Origin: an uncultured Pseudomonadales bacterium
GTDB lineage: Bacteria; Pseudomonadota; Gammaproteobacteria; Pseudomonadales; Porticoccaceae
Length of the DNA: 64,000 nucleotides
Assembly (NCBI GenBank): GCA_943788895.1
Contig: CALSRZ010000004.1
Location: 56,454-120,453 of the forward strand
Direction of reading: 5' to 3'
Part shown: positions 51,889-62,697 of the stretch, in pieces
Layout of the letters: each line of letters opens with the position of its first letter
How positions within the stretch are numbered: position 1 is the stretch's first letter
The notes under the pieces: generated by a model
Told to the model about the DNA's origin: nothing
The model's input: the letters and a program-made list of their open reading frames with translations, nothing else
The model's database searches: none
Translations under genes and position numbers: made by a program

Positions 51889-52776
51889 CTATCCCTTGTG
51901 TTTAGAGAAGTCTGCAGCAGCATCTATCAATTCGAGAAACCCAATAGCCGCATTCGATAGTGTCCGTTTCTTGTGATGTATATAACCCAAGTCCCGCTCA
52001 ATACTCACTTTCTCAAATGGCATTACATTTAGGTCTCTAATTAGCGTCTCCGGCAATACACTCCACCCCAGTCCAATCTCCACCATCGTACTAATCGTCT
52101 CCAAATAGTTAGTCGACATAGGCGCCTTTAAAGGTATCCCTTCCTTCTGAAACAGATTCTGAATAATCCGCCCGGTATAGGTATTTAATCCCGGCAAAAT
52201 AATCGGATACTCCGCAAGGTCTTTCAGCGCTGGTTTCTTTAGCTCGGCCAATGGATGATCTTGCGCACAGATAAACCGCAGCGGGTCATTCCAAATCTTC
52301 TTACTATCAATATTGTGATGACTATCCAGTGCCAATGTAATCACCGCCAGTTCCGAATCACCATGCAATACCTGCTCATAGGCTTTCTCAGAATCCATAA
52401 ACTCAATATCCAAGGTTACATTGGGATATTGCTGGGCAAACTGTTTCAGAATAGGGGGCAGCCGATGCAGACCCAGATGGTGACTAATGGCCAATCTAAG
52501 TGTGCCGCTGGCTTCACCGGAGAGATCATTAATCGCCTGCAGGGCATTTTCATATTCCTGCAGTATGCGTCTGGCTCTGGGTAAGAGTTCATTGCCGGCT
52601 TCGGTAAGGGATACCTGTCTGGCAATCCGATCAAACAGCCTTTTACCGATCTGCTGCTCAAGCAGGGCAATGCGCTTGCTGATCGCCGATTGAGTCAGAT
52701 AGAGGCTATCGGCCGCTTCTGAAAAGGAGCCCAGTTCGGCGACGGTGATAAAGGCTTTTAGATTCTGGTTATCCAC
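51889..52776 (-). CDS. LysR-family regulator divergent from leuC
   Basis: LKAFITVAELGSFSEAADSLYLTQSAISKRIALLEQQIGKRLFDR HTH. Confidence 0.95.
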   Translation of the reverse strand: MDNQNLKAFITVAELGSFSEAADSLYLTQSAISKRIALLEQQIGKRLFDRIARQVSLTEAGNELLPRARRILQEYENALQAINDLSGEASGTLRLAISHHLGLHRLPPILKQFAQQYPNVTLDIEFMDSEKAYEQVLHGDSELAVITLALDSHHNIDSKKIWNDPLRFICAQDHPLAELKKPALKDLAEYPIILPGLNTYTGRIIQNLFQKEGIPLKAPMSTNYLETISTMVEIGLGWSVLPETLIRDLNVMPFEKVSIERDLGYIHHKKRTLSNAAIGFLELIDAAADFSKHKG

Positions 52777-52815
52777 TTCTTGTAATCCTTAACAAATCAT
52801 TCCCCCTTCTTATAG

Positions 52816-52830
52816 ATTCCATAAGGGAAT
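52816..52830. promoter_or_regulatory. Probable LysR recognition site (T-N11-A dyad)
   Basis: ATTCC-ATAAG-GGAAT in the LysR/leuC divergent promoter region. Confidence 0.6.
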
Positions 52831-52916
52831 GATAAATATGCTAAATATGAATTTATTTCATCATAGTGCAGGTCTACAATAGGCGCAATAGCAAAACCTA
52901 CGTCTAGGAGACGGCA

Positions 52917-54350
52917 ATGGCAGGAAAAACACTTTACGACAAGCTCTGGGATAGCCACCTTGTTAAGCAGAATAGCGATGGTTCGTCGCTGATTTATATT
53001 GATCGGCATGTCTTGCATGAGGTGACTTCACCGCAGGCGTTTGAAGGTCTGCGTCTGGCGGATCGCAAGCCTTGGCGTCTGGATACCAATATCGCTACCC
53101 CTGATCACAATATCTCCACGGATAAAACCGAGCGCGATGCTGGTGTTGCCGGTATGGCGGATGAGGTGTCGCGTATTCAGGTGCAGACCCTGGATGATAA
53201 CTGCGATCTCTATGGGATTAAGGAATATAAGATCAATGAGATGGGGCAGGGTATTGTTCATGTGATGGGTCCTGAACTGGGCGCGACTATGCCGGGTATG
53301 ACCGTGGTCTGTGGTGATTCCCATACGGCGACTCATGGTGCGCTGGCCTGTCTGGCTCATGGTATTGGTACCTCTGAGGTTGAGCATGTGCTGGCGACTC
53401 AGTGTCTGGTGGCCAAGAAGATGAAGAATATGCGTGTGACTGTGGATGGCACAGTGGGCGCTGGTGTGACCCCTAAAGATGTGGTGTTGGCGATTATTGG
53501 CAAGATTGGTACTGCCGGTGGTAATGAGCACGCGATTGAGTTTGCCGGTTCGGTTTTTCGCGATATGTCGATTGAGGGTCGTATGACGGTCTGCAATATG
53601 GCGATTGAGGCGGGTGCCCGTGTCGGTATGGTGGCTGTTGACCAGAAGACTATTGATTACTGTGAAGGTCGTCAGTTTGTGCCTAAGGGTGATATGTGGG
53701 TTCAGGCGGTTGAATACTGGAATGGTTTAGTCAGTGACGAGGATGCGGTCTTTGATACTGAGGTTGTTCTGCATGCGGATGAGATTGCGCCGCAGGTGAC
53801 CTGGGGAACGTCTCCCTGAGATGGTGGCACCGGTTACGGCTTCTGTTCCAACCTTGGAAGAGCAGTCGAATGATGAGCAGCGCAAAGGTCTTGAGCGCGC
53901 TCTGGAATATATGGGTCTTGAAGGCGGTCAGGCGATTGAGTCTATTGCTGTGGATCGTGTGTTTATTGGTTCCTGTACTAATTCCCGTATTGAAGATATG
54001 CGTGCGGCGGCGGCTGTGGCCAAGGGTCGTCAGGTGGCCAGTTCAGTTAAGCAGGTATTAATTGTGCCCGGTTCGCAGATGGTTAAGGCGCAGGCGGAAG
54101 CGGAAGGGTTGGATAAGGTGTTTATTGCGCGGGAATGGATTGGCGTGAGCCGGGCTGTTCTATGTGTCTGGCGATGAATGCGGATAAGTTGGGGGCGGGG
54201 GAGCACTGTGCTTCTACCTCGAACCGTAACTTTGAAGGTCGTCAGGGCAATGGCGGTCGTACCCATTTGATGAGTCCGGCGATGGCTGCGGCTGCGGCGG
54301 TGGCTGGTCATATTGTTGATGTACGTACATTTGATGGAGGGGTAGTTTAA
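52917..54350 (+). CDS. leuC: 3-isopropylmalate dehydratase large subunit, two frameshifts (near 53.82 and 54.14 kb)
   Basis: [55 protein letters not shown]. Confidence 0.96.
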
Positions 54351-54997
54351 TGAAAGCATTTACTGCACACCGTGGTTTGGTCGGTCCTATGGATCGCGCT
54401 AACGTAGACACGGATATGATTATCCCTAAGCAGTTTCTTAAGTCGATTAAGCGCAGTGGCTTTGGGCCCAATCTGTTTGATGAGTTGCGTTATATGGATG
54501 AGGGGCAGCCGGGTGCGGACTGTTCTAATCGTCCGGTTAATCCGGATTTTCCCTTGAACTTCCCACGCTTTAAAGGCGCTTCAGTTTTATTGGCGCGCAA
54601 GAACTTTGGCTGTGGTTCCAGTCGTGAGCACGCGCCCTGGGCATTGGAAGACTATGGCTTTAATGCGGTGATTGCGCCCAGTTATGCGGATATCTTTTAT
54701 AACAACTGTTTTAAGAATGGTCTGTTGCCGGTGATATTGACGGAAGAGCAGGTGGATATTCTATTTAACGAGATGAATGCGGAAGAGGGCTATCAGCTTT
54801 CTATTGATCTGCCCGCGCAGACGGTGACAACCGATTCTGGCCATGTGTTTTCGTTTGAGTTGGATAAGTTCCGTAAAGAGTGTCTGCTCAATGGTTTGGA
54901 TGAGATTGGTTTGACGCTTAAAGAAGCAGACGCCATTAAAGATTATGAAGCTCAGCGTGCGGCACAGCATCCCTGGGTATTTGGAGCGATTAAGTAA
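54350..54997 (+). CDS. leuD: 3-isopropylmalate dehydratase small subunit
   Basis: [28 protein letters not shown]. Confidence 0.98.
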   Translation: MKAFTAHRGLVGPMDRANVDTDMIIPKQFLKSIKRSGFGPNLFDELRYMDEGQPGADCSNRPVNPDFPLNFPRFKGASVLLARKNFGCGSSREHAPWALEDYGFNAVIAPSYADIFYNNCFKNGLLPVILTEEQVDILFNEMNAEEGYQLSIDLPAQTVTTDSGHVFSFELDKFRKECLLNGLDEIGLTLKEADAIKDYEAQRAAQHPWVFGAIK

Positions 54998-56076
54998 TGA
55001 CAGATAAGAAGAAGGTTTTAGTATTACCCGGCGACAATATTGGCCCGGAAATTGTCACTGAAGCGGTTAAGGTGCTTGAGACGGTAAGTGATAAGTATGG
55101 TCTGGGTATTGAGCTGGATTACGCCCATCTGGGTGGTGCGGCTCTGGATGCGGTGGGTGAGCCCTGTCCTCAGGAGACTTTGGATAAGGCGCGCAGTTCT
55201 GATGCTATTTTGCTCGGTGCTGTGGGTGGTCCTCAGTGGGATGATGTTGAACGTCATCTGCGTCCGGAGAAGGGCTTGTTAACTATCCGTTCTGAGTTGG
55301 ATCTATTTGGTAATCTGCGTCCGGCGATTATGTATCCGCAGTTGGCTCATGCTTCTTCCTTAAAGCCTGAGTTTGTCTCTGGTTTGGATATCTTGATTGT
55401 TCGCGAGTTGGTGGGTGGTATTTACTTTGGTGAGCCGCGCGGTATTCGCACGCTGGAGAATGGTGAGCGCGAGGGTTACAACACTTATAAGTACAGTGAG
55501 TCTGAGATTCGCCGTATTGGTCGTATGGCGTTTGAGGCGGCGATGGTTCGCGGTAAGCGTCTCTGTTCTGTCGATAAGTCCAATGTATTGGAGGCGACCG
55601 TACTCTGGAAGGAAATTATCACTGAGTTGGCGGCGGACTACCCTGAGGTGGAGCTGAGCCATATGTATGTGGATAACGCGGCGATGCAGTTGGTGATGGC
55701 GCCTAAGCAGTTTGATGTGATTGTGACGGGCAATATGTTTGGTGACATTCTGTCGGATACGGCGGCGATGTTGACTGGGTCTATTGGTATGTTGCCTTCG
55801 GCGTCTCTGGATAAGGATGGTGGCGGTATGTATGAGCCCTGTCATGGTTCTGCGCCGGATATTGCGGGGCAGGGGGTGGCTAATCCGTTGGCGACTATTT
55901 TGTCGGTGGCGATGATGTTGCGTTATTCGCTGGATGCGGTTGAGGCGGCGGATGCGATTGAGAAGGCGGTGAGTGATGTGCTGGATCAGGGGTTGCGGAC
56001 TGGGGATATTTATACGGATGGTATGACGCGGGTTGGTACTGTTGAGATGGGTGATGCGGTGGTCGCGGCGCTTTAG
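54997..56076 (+). CDS. leuB: 3-isopropylmalate dehydrogenase
   Basis: [39 protein letters not shown]. Confidence 0.98.
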   Translation: MTDKKKVLVLPGDNIGPEIVTEAVKVLETVSDKYGLGIELDYAHLGGAALDAVGEPCPQETLDKARSSDAILLGAVGGPQWDDVERHLRPEKGLLTIRSELDLFGNLRPAIMYPQLAHASSLKPEFVSGLDILIVRELVGGIYFGEPRGIRTLENGEREGYNTYKYSESEIRRIGRMAFEAAMVRGKRLCSVDKSNVLEATVLWKEIITELAADYPEVELSHMYVDNAAMQLVMAPKQFDVIVTGNMFGDILSDTAAMLTGSIGMLPSASLDKDGGGMYEPCHGSAPDIAGQGVANPLATILSVAMMLRYSLDAVEAADAIEKAVSDVLDQGLRTGDIYTDGMTRVGTVEMGDAVVAAL

Positions 56077-56157
56077 CCGTCATCCTGGCATTATGATCGT
56101 CATCCAGCGAATGCTGGTATCTGTTTGGTAGTCGGGCGTAAGCTGTTTTTGGTGCGG

Positions 56158-56312
56158 GCGAAGCCATGGTGATCCTTTACGATCGGTCCCATGGGTTGAG
56201 CATTTTCAGCGTTCGCACAACTCGCTGCGCTCAAACAAGTGCTCACTCGACCTGAAAATGCTCAACCCATAAGCGGGCCCTGATTGATCGTAAAGGATCA
56301 CCATGGCTTCGC
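56158..56312 (-). repeat. 155-bp palindromic element, copy B (opposite orientation to A)
   Basis: Perfect 27-bp arms GCGAAGCCATGGTGATCCTTTACGATC (56158-56184 / 56286-56312); 101-nt core aligns without gaps to copy A. Confidence 0.92.
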
Positions 56313-56390
56313 TGAGATACCGAGTGACAGGTCGGAAGAACGGTCAAGGCTAAGACTAAGAATTAATTAAATTTAAGAGAGTTTAGAAAA

Positions 56391-57503
56391 ATGAAAAAAA
56401 CAGGATTTGTAGGTTGGCGTGGCATGGTTGGTTCTGTGCTGATGGACAGAATGCGTGAAGAGAACGATTTTGCCGATATTGAGCCAATATTCTTCACCAC
56501 CTCCCAGGCCGGTCAAGCGGCTCCAGATGTGGGGGTGGAGACACCGCTATTGCAGAGTGCTTTCGATATCGATGCGCTGGCGCAGATGGATATTATTGTT
56601 ACCTGTCAGGGTGGCGACTACACCAAGAAAGTTTACCCACAGCTGCGCAGTGCAGGCTGGGATGGCTATTGGATTGATGCGGCTTCGGCGCTGCGTATGG
56701 AAGACAGTTCTATTATTGTTCTCGATCCGGTCAATATGAATGTGGTTAAAGATGGTCTGGCCAATGGCGTTAAAGATTATATCGGTGGCAACTGCACCGT
56801 CAGTCTGATGCTGATGTCTCTCGGCGGTCTGTTTAATGCCAATCTGGTGGAGTGGGCTTCGTCCATGACTTATCAGGCGGCCTCTGGTGCCGGTGCGCAG
56901 AATATGCGTGAGCTGATTAACCAGATGGGTGTGATTAAGGGTTCGGTTGCGGATGCGCTGTCTAACCCGGGGTCGGCGATTTTGGATATTGATCGTCAGG
57001 TGACTGACACTTTGCGCAGCGATAGCTTCCCGGTTGATAACTGGGGTTATCCTCTAGCCGGTAGCTTGCTGCCCTATATTGATTCCCAACTGGAGAACGG
57101 TCAGAGCCGTGAAGAGTGGAAGAATCAGGCGGAAACTAACAAGATTCTCAACCGTGAAGGCAATCCTATTCCTCTCGATGGTCTCTGTGTGCGTATTGGT
57201 TCTATGCGCTGCCACAGTCAGGCGTTGACTATTAAGTTAACTCAGGATGTGCCGATGGATGAGATTGAGTCAATGCTGGCTGAATCTAACCAGTGGGCCA
57301 AGGTAATTGCCAATGACAAAGAGTCTTCGGTTAAGCACCTGACACCAGCGGCAGTCACCGGTGGTCTGGATGTGCCTGTGGGTCGTCTGCGCAAAATGAA
57401 TATGGGTGAGCAGTATCTCTCAGCCTTTACCGTGGGCGATCAGTTGCTCTGGGGCGCGGCGGAGCCGTTGCGACGTATGCTGCGGATTGTTATTGAAGAC
57501 TAA
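56391..57503 (+). CDS. asd: Aspartate-semialdehyde dehydrogenase
   Basis: [58 protein letters not shown]. Confidence 0.98.
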   Translation: MKKTGFVGWRGMVGSVLMDRMREENDFADIEPIFFTTSQAGQAAPDVGVETPLLQSAFDIDALAQMDIIVTCQGGDYTKKVYPQLRSAGWDGYWIDAASALRMEDSSIIVLDPVNMNVVKDGLANGVKDYIGGNCTVSLMLMSLGGLFNANLVEWASSMTYQAASGAGAQNMRELINQMGVIKGSVADALSNPGSAILDIDRQVTDTLRSDSFPVDNWGYPLAGSLLPYIDSQLENGQSREEWKNQAETNKILNREGNPIPLDGLCVRIGSMRCHSQALTIKLTQDVPMDEIESMLAESNQWAKVIANDKESSVKHLTPAAVTGGLDVPVGRLRKMNMGEQYLSAFTVGDQLLWGAAEPLRRMLRIVIED

Positions 57504-57679
57504 AGGCCTTTAATTAATGCCTGCAATATTGTGCTAAGACTTAAGGGTTAGTTGTGTTGGCTGATATTGCAGGTTTGACTGTAAACATTTATTGTAACCT
57601 CCTGATTCAAGAGTCTTTAAATAGGAAATTTGTCATGACAATTCGGAGTTGGTCGATGGGCTTTACAGGGAAATTCAAG

Positions 57680-60017
57680 ATGGGTTGCAGGGCGGCTTTA
57701 GCTGCCTTGCTGCTGTTGGCAGCCTCATCGACACTGGCTTTGGGTCTCGGTGAAATAACCCTTAACTCATCCCTCAATGAGCCGCTGGATGCGGAAATTG
57801 TCGTGCTCAGCTCTGAGGATCTGGAAGATGGTCAGTTGTTGGTATCGCTGGCTTCGCCTGAGGCTTTTGAGCGCGCCGGTATCAGCCGTGATTTTTTCTA
57901 CAGCCAGATGCAATTCTCGATTTATCGCAACAGCGATGATCTGCATATTATCAAGATTGCCACCGATCAGCCGGTTGTTGAACCCTATCTAAATTTCCTT
58001 GTTCAATTGCAGTGGCCAGCTGGCCGCGTGATGCGCGAGTACACATTGTTACTGGATCTGCCAATCTTTACGGATGAGCAGCAAGCGGTCGCTGTTCAGC
58101 CAGCCGCTACAGTAGCACCGCAGTCTGCGTTGCCAGCTGTAACCTCGGAACCTTACCGCGAGCCACTCTCCGGTGATGAACACCAGGTTATCACTGGCGA
58201 TACGCTGTGGAATGTTGCTAAACGATTGCGTCCAAGAAATACCACAATCCTGCAAACTATGGATTCTCTGTATCGCCACAATGCCGATGCCTTTGTTGAA
58301 GGGGATGCCAACCGGATTAAAGCTGGATCGGTTTTGCGTCTGCCGTCCTTTGATGAGATCAGTGTTGAGGCTGGCAATACCGTTGCTGCCCAGATTGGTC
58401 TTAAAAACCCTTCTATTGCCTCTGCGGAGCTAGAGCAGGTTGTCGAACAGGCCAATAGCCTTGCAGCGGATAAGGGTTCTGTTGTTGAAGAAGCGCCGCT
58501 GATTGATGATGGACGCCTTGAGCTGGCTTCAGCTTTTGGCGATGAGCCGGTGGACGCGGATAATCAAGGGGTTGATCAGGCTTTTGATAGAACTTTAGAT
58601 CGCGCTGAACAGAGCCTAACGGCCACAGAGGATGCTAATCAATCCGCTTATACGGATGACAATCAGGTCAGCCAGCTGGCCGAAGAGTTGGCGGTTGCCA
58701 ATGATGAAGTCAATAAAACCCTGCAGGAAAATATCGAGCTGCGCGAGCGGCTGGCGCTGTTGGAAGCCCAGGTTGCGACTATGGTGGCACTGCTTGATCA
58801 GGCCGAGAGAACAGCGGCAACCCCAACCACATCTGCTGCGGCAAAAACATCTCCGGATAATTTGAAAAACCAGGGTCTTACCCAGCAACTATCCGCAGTG
58901 CCTGCCTATTTCTGGTTGATACTTATCGCGATTATCTTAGTCCTGCTGGTACTTTTGGTGCGCAAGTCGTCGCAACAGCAAACCGCTGCGCGCAGCGATG
59001 AATTGTCTATGGCTGGTGGCTACGAGGAATATGATGAAAACACTGCGACCAGTGTTTCCAATCAAAGCGAACTGCATGCACTCGACGATTTGGAGCTCGA
59101 TCCAGAGGATAATTTATTCGATAAGTCGGATAAGGATATTTTCGATCAGGATGAAGAGCCAGACGGTGAAGAGGTCTTCGATATGATGGTCGAGGCCGTT
59201 GCTGAAGCGGATGTCTATCTGTCACTGGGCAAAACTGCCGAGGCCATTGAGGTTCTCGAAGAGGCGCGATCTCAGGATTCCGCCGATGCATCATCCCGTT
59301 TAAAGCTGATGGAAGTGCTGTTCCGCGAGAACCGCAAAGACGAACTGAGAGTCCTGTTTGATGAGATTGAAGCCACTGGTGATCAGACGGCTACTGAGAT
59401 GGCAGCCATTATTATAGGCCCGGATAATCAGTCGGATAAGGTGCTATCTATTGCCGAGGACAGCGTTGCCTCTGAATTGGAAGGGCTGGATTTCCAGAGC
59501 ACAGAGTTTGAAGACCTGGGTCTGGGCAATGTAGATTTGGCCGATCTTGAGCTGGATGATATAGATGCTGCAGATATTGCTTTTGAAGGGGATGAGTTAG
59601 AAGACCTGGATCTGGATAATTTAACCGCCGATGATTTTGATATTGAGCCTGCTGAGGAAGAGCCGTTAGCCTGAAGAGCCCTCAGCGGAAGAGGAGCCCT
59701 CGGCGGAAGAGGAGCCCTCAGCTAGTGAAGAGCCCTCAGCGGAAGAGGAGCCCTCAGCTAATGAAGGCCCTCAGCCAATGAAGAGCCATCAGCGTCCTCT
59801 AATAAGGAGCGAACTCTCAGCAGATGATCTGATGGATGAGTTTGCGGATTTCGATGATGCCAGTGAGCAGAACCCGGTTGATGTAAAACTCGATCTGGCC
59901 AAAACCTATCTTGAGATGGGTGACCCAGAGGGTGCCAAAGAGATTCTTGAAGAGTTGATCGAAGAGTCCGATCAAGAAGGGCAAGACAAAGCCAGAGCGC
60001 TTCTGGAGACTCTATAG
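57680..60017 (+). CDS. fimV: FimV/HubP polar landmark protein, frameshifted in the acidic repeat region
   Basis: ALGLGEITLNSSLNEPLDAEI, REYTLLLDLP, LysM GDTLWNVA, TM, acidic linker; C-terminal VKLDLAKTYLEMGDPEGAKEILEE in 59778-60017; start uncertain. Confidence 0.9.
59655..59794 (+). repeat. Intragenic 18-bp tandem repeats (about 7 copies) encoding EEPSA(E/S/N)
   Basis: GA(A/G)GAGCCCTC(A/G)GC(GGAA/TAGT/TAAT) units. Confidence 0.9.
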
Positions 60018-60082
60018 TCGCTCTGAACAGTAACCCAGCAGAATAAGTCTGTTGTTAATATAACCCCGTATAAATTTGACCT

Positions 60083-60950
60083 ATGTCGCAACTGGATTGG
60101 GTTTACAGCCCAAATTGTAAGATTCCCGAAGGCCAGAGCCTTCCCGCTGGAATCAAACGCTATGCTGCCGTCGTCTCCTACGACGGCAGTGCTTTTTGTG
60201 GCTTTCAAAAACAGAAGCACAGCCCCTCGGTTCAGCAGGAGCTGGAGCGTGCCCTCAGTTCAGTGGCCGACGAAGAGCTCATAGTTAGCTGTGCCGGGCG
60301 CACAGATACCGCAGTGCATGCCAGCCATCAGGTCATTCATTTTGATAGCAGTGCCGAGCGCAGCGGTCGCAACTGGCTTAAAGGTGCCAATAGCCGCCTT
60401 CCCGACAGTATTTCAATACTCTGGGCAGAGCAGGTGCCCGAGCGCTTTCATGCGCGCTTTAGCGCCACTTCGCGCACCTACAGGTATGTAATGCATGCCT
60501 CCAGCGCCAGGCCCGCAGTGCTTCTCCCAGGGCGTAACCTGGGTTCGCTACCCGCTGAATGTTGAATTGATGCAGGCAGGCCTGTCAGTATTTATTGGGT
60601 GAGCAGGATTTCTCCGCGTTTCGCGGAGCCGGCTGTCAGTCCAATTCGCCATGGCGCAATATCACCAGTGCCAGAGTGGTTAAACTGGGTCAGCTGATTG
60701 TATTTGAAGTCTCGGCCAATGCCTTTGTGCTGCATATGGTGCGCAATATGGTCGGTTCATTGATGGAGGTTGGCTTTGGCTCGTCAGAAGCCCGACTGGA
60801 TTGCCGAGCTGATTGCCGGAAAAGACCGCTGTAAAAGTGCTGCTACAGCAGCGCCCAATGGTCTCTATCTGGTCGATGTGGACTATCCGCAGAATTTTGG
60901 TATTGCTGAGTTAGAGCGCGGGCCATCTATTTCTGCCTGATAGTCTATAA
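60083..60950 (+). CDS. truA: tRNA pseudouridine(38-40) synthase, frameshifted
   Basis: [65 protein letters not shown]; end approximate. Confidence 0.93.
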
Positions 60951-61058
60951 TGATTTTAGATGGTTTAAGCAGTTTTATATTGTTTATAATCAATAAGATA
61001 TAAGTATTTATTAAAGTAATATATTAGATATATTGCTAAGACAGTTAAAGGTGTTGTC

Positions 61059-61686
61059 ATGTCAGTACAGGTCAAAATTTGCGGTATAACCAGAGTCGAA
61101 GATGCCCTGATGGCGCAGCGTGCCGGTGCCGATGCCCTGGGTCTGGTGATGTACTCAAAGAGCTCGCGTTATGTGGATATGCAGCAGGCGATTGCTCTGC
61201 GTGAAGGTGATCGCTACGTGACACCTCTGTGTGGTGTTGCTGGTCAATGCCGACAAAGAGTTCGTCAAGCAGGTGATCGCCGAGGTAAAGCCGGATCTGA
61301 TTCAGTTTCACGGCGACGAGAGCGCCGATTTTTGTCAGCAGTTTGATTTCCCGTTTATTCGCGCCCTGCGTATGCGTGACGATCTGGATATCTCCGCTGA
61401 GGCCAGAGCTTACTACAATGCCTATGGATTGCTCTTCGATGCCTGGAACCCCGATCAATACGGTGGCACAGGTGAGCAATTCGACTGGCAGCGACTGCCC
61501 ACCGAGCGCGATTTTCACCTGATACTTGCCGGTGGTTTGAACCCGCTGAATGTTGCTGAGGCGGTTGACGCAGCGCGCCCGGATATGGTCGATGTCAGTG
61601 GCGGCGTCGAGAGTTCGCCGGGTATCAAAGACGAGCACAAAGTGCGGGCATTTATTAATAGTGCCAAGGCTGTAGCCGAGCAGTAA
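61059..61686 (+). CDS. trpF: Phosphoribosylanthranilate isomerase, frameshifted
   Basis: [53 protein letters not shown]. Confidence 0.94.
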
Positions 61687-61822
61687 AAATAATTTTCGGC
61701 GTTGTAAAACTGGGTCACTGTCGTGTTAAACTGCGCGCCCTATACAGGCTGGCTATTGATTAGGCGAAGTTTGAAACCAGTCTAGAATTAAATATTTCAT
61801 TGAGATGGCGAAAGGGTAATAG

Positions 61823-62697
61823 ATGAATTGGTTGAAACGCATTCGACCCGCGGGACCCGCGGCGGATAACACAGAACGTTCAAACGCTGTACCTGAGGGG
61901 CTTTGGAAGAAGTGCCCGAAATGTGCCTCACCGCTCTATCGTCCCGAGCTTGAACGCAATCTCGATGTCTGCCCGAAATGCGAACACCATATGCGTATTG
62001 GCGCTCGCCGTCGTCTGGATATCTTCCTCGACCGCAGCTGGCCGCACTGAAGTGGCCGAAGAAGTCGTGGCTATCGACAGACTTAAATTCCGCGATGTTA
62101 AAAAATATAAAGACCGTTTGACCGATGCGCAAAAGAAAACCGGTGAGAAAGATGCTCTGGTTGCTATGAGCGGCAGCGTCAAAGGTATTCCGGTTGTCGC
62201 AGTGGCCTTTGAGTTTGCCTTCCACGGTGGCTCTATGGGTTACGCAGTGGGTGAGAAATTTACCCGTGCAGCGAAACTGGCGCTGGCTGAAAACAAGCCA
62301 CTGATCTGTTTCTCCGCCACCGGTGGTGCGCGTATGCAGGAAGCCTTGATCTCGCTGATGCAGATGGCCAAGACCAGTGCAATCCTTGAGCGTTTAAAAG
62401 CATCCGGTGTTCCCTATGTATCGGTAATGACCGATCCTGTTTACGGTGGTGTATCTGCCAGTCTGGCCATGTTGGGTGATCTTAAATGTTGCCGAACCCG
62501 GTGCCCGTGCAGGTTTTGCCGGTCCCGAATATTATTGAACAGACCATTCGCCAGAAACTGCCCAAGGGCTTTCAGCGCAGTGAGTTCCTGTTAGATAAGG
62601 GCCAGATCGATATGATTATTGCGCGCCATGAAATGCGTGATCGTCTTGCCAGTATCCTCTCCAAATTTGTCAACTGCCCGAACCCGCCGATGCCTGA
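61823..62697 (+). CDS. accD: Acetyl-CoA carboxylase carboxyltransferase beta subunit, frameshifted
   Basis: [12 protein letters not shown] zinc finger, [50 protein letters not shown]; end approximate. Confidence 0.94.

Noticed and set aside
53815-54150. TGA in leuC as recoding or a selenocysteine codon
   Set aside because: CCC TGA G ATG is CCT GAG ATG with one extra C; the conserved residue there is Glu, not Cys
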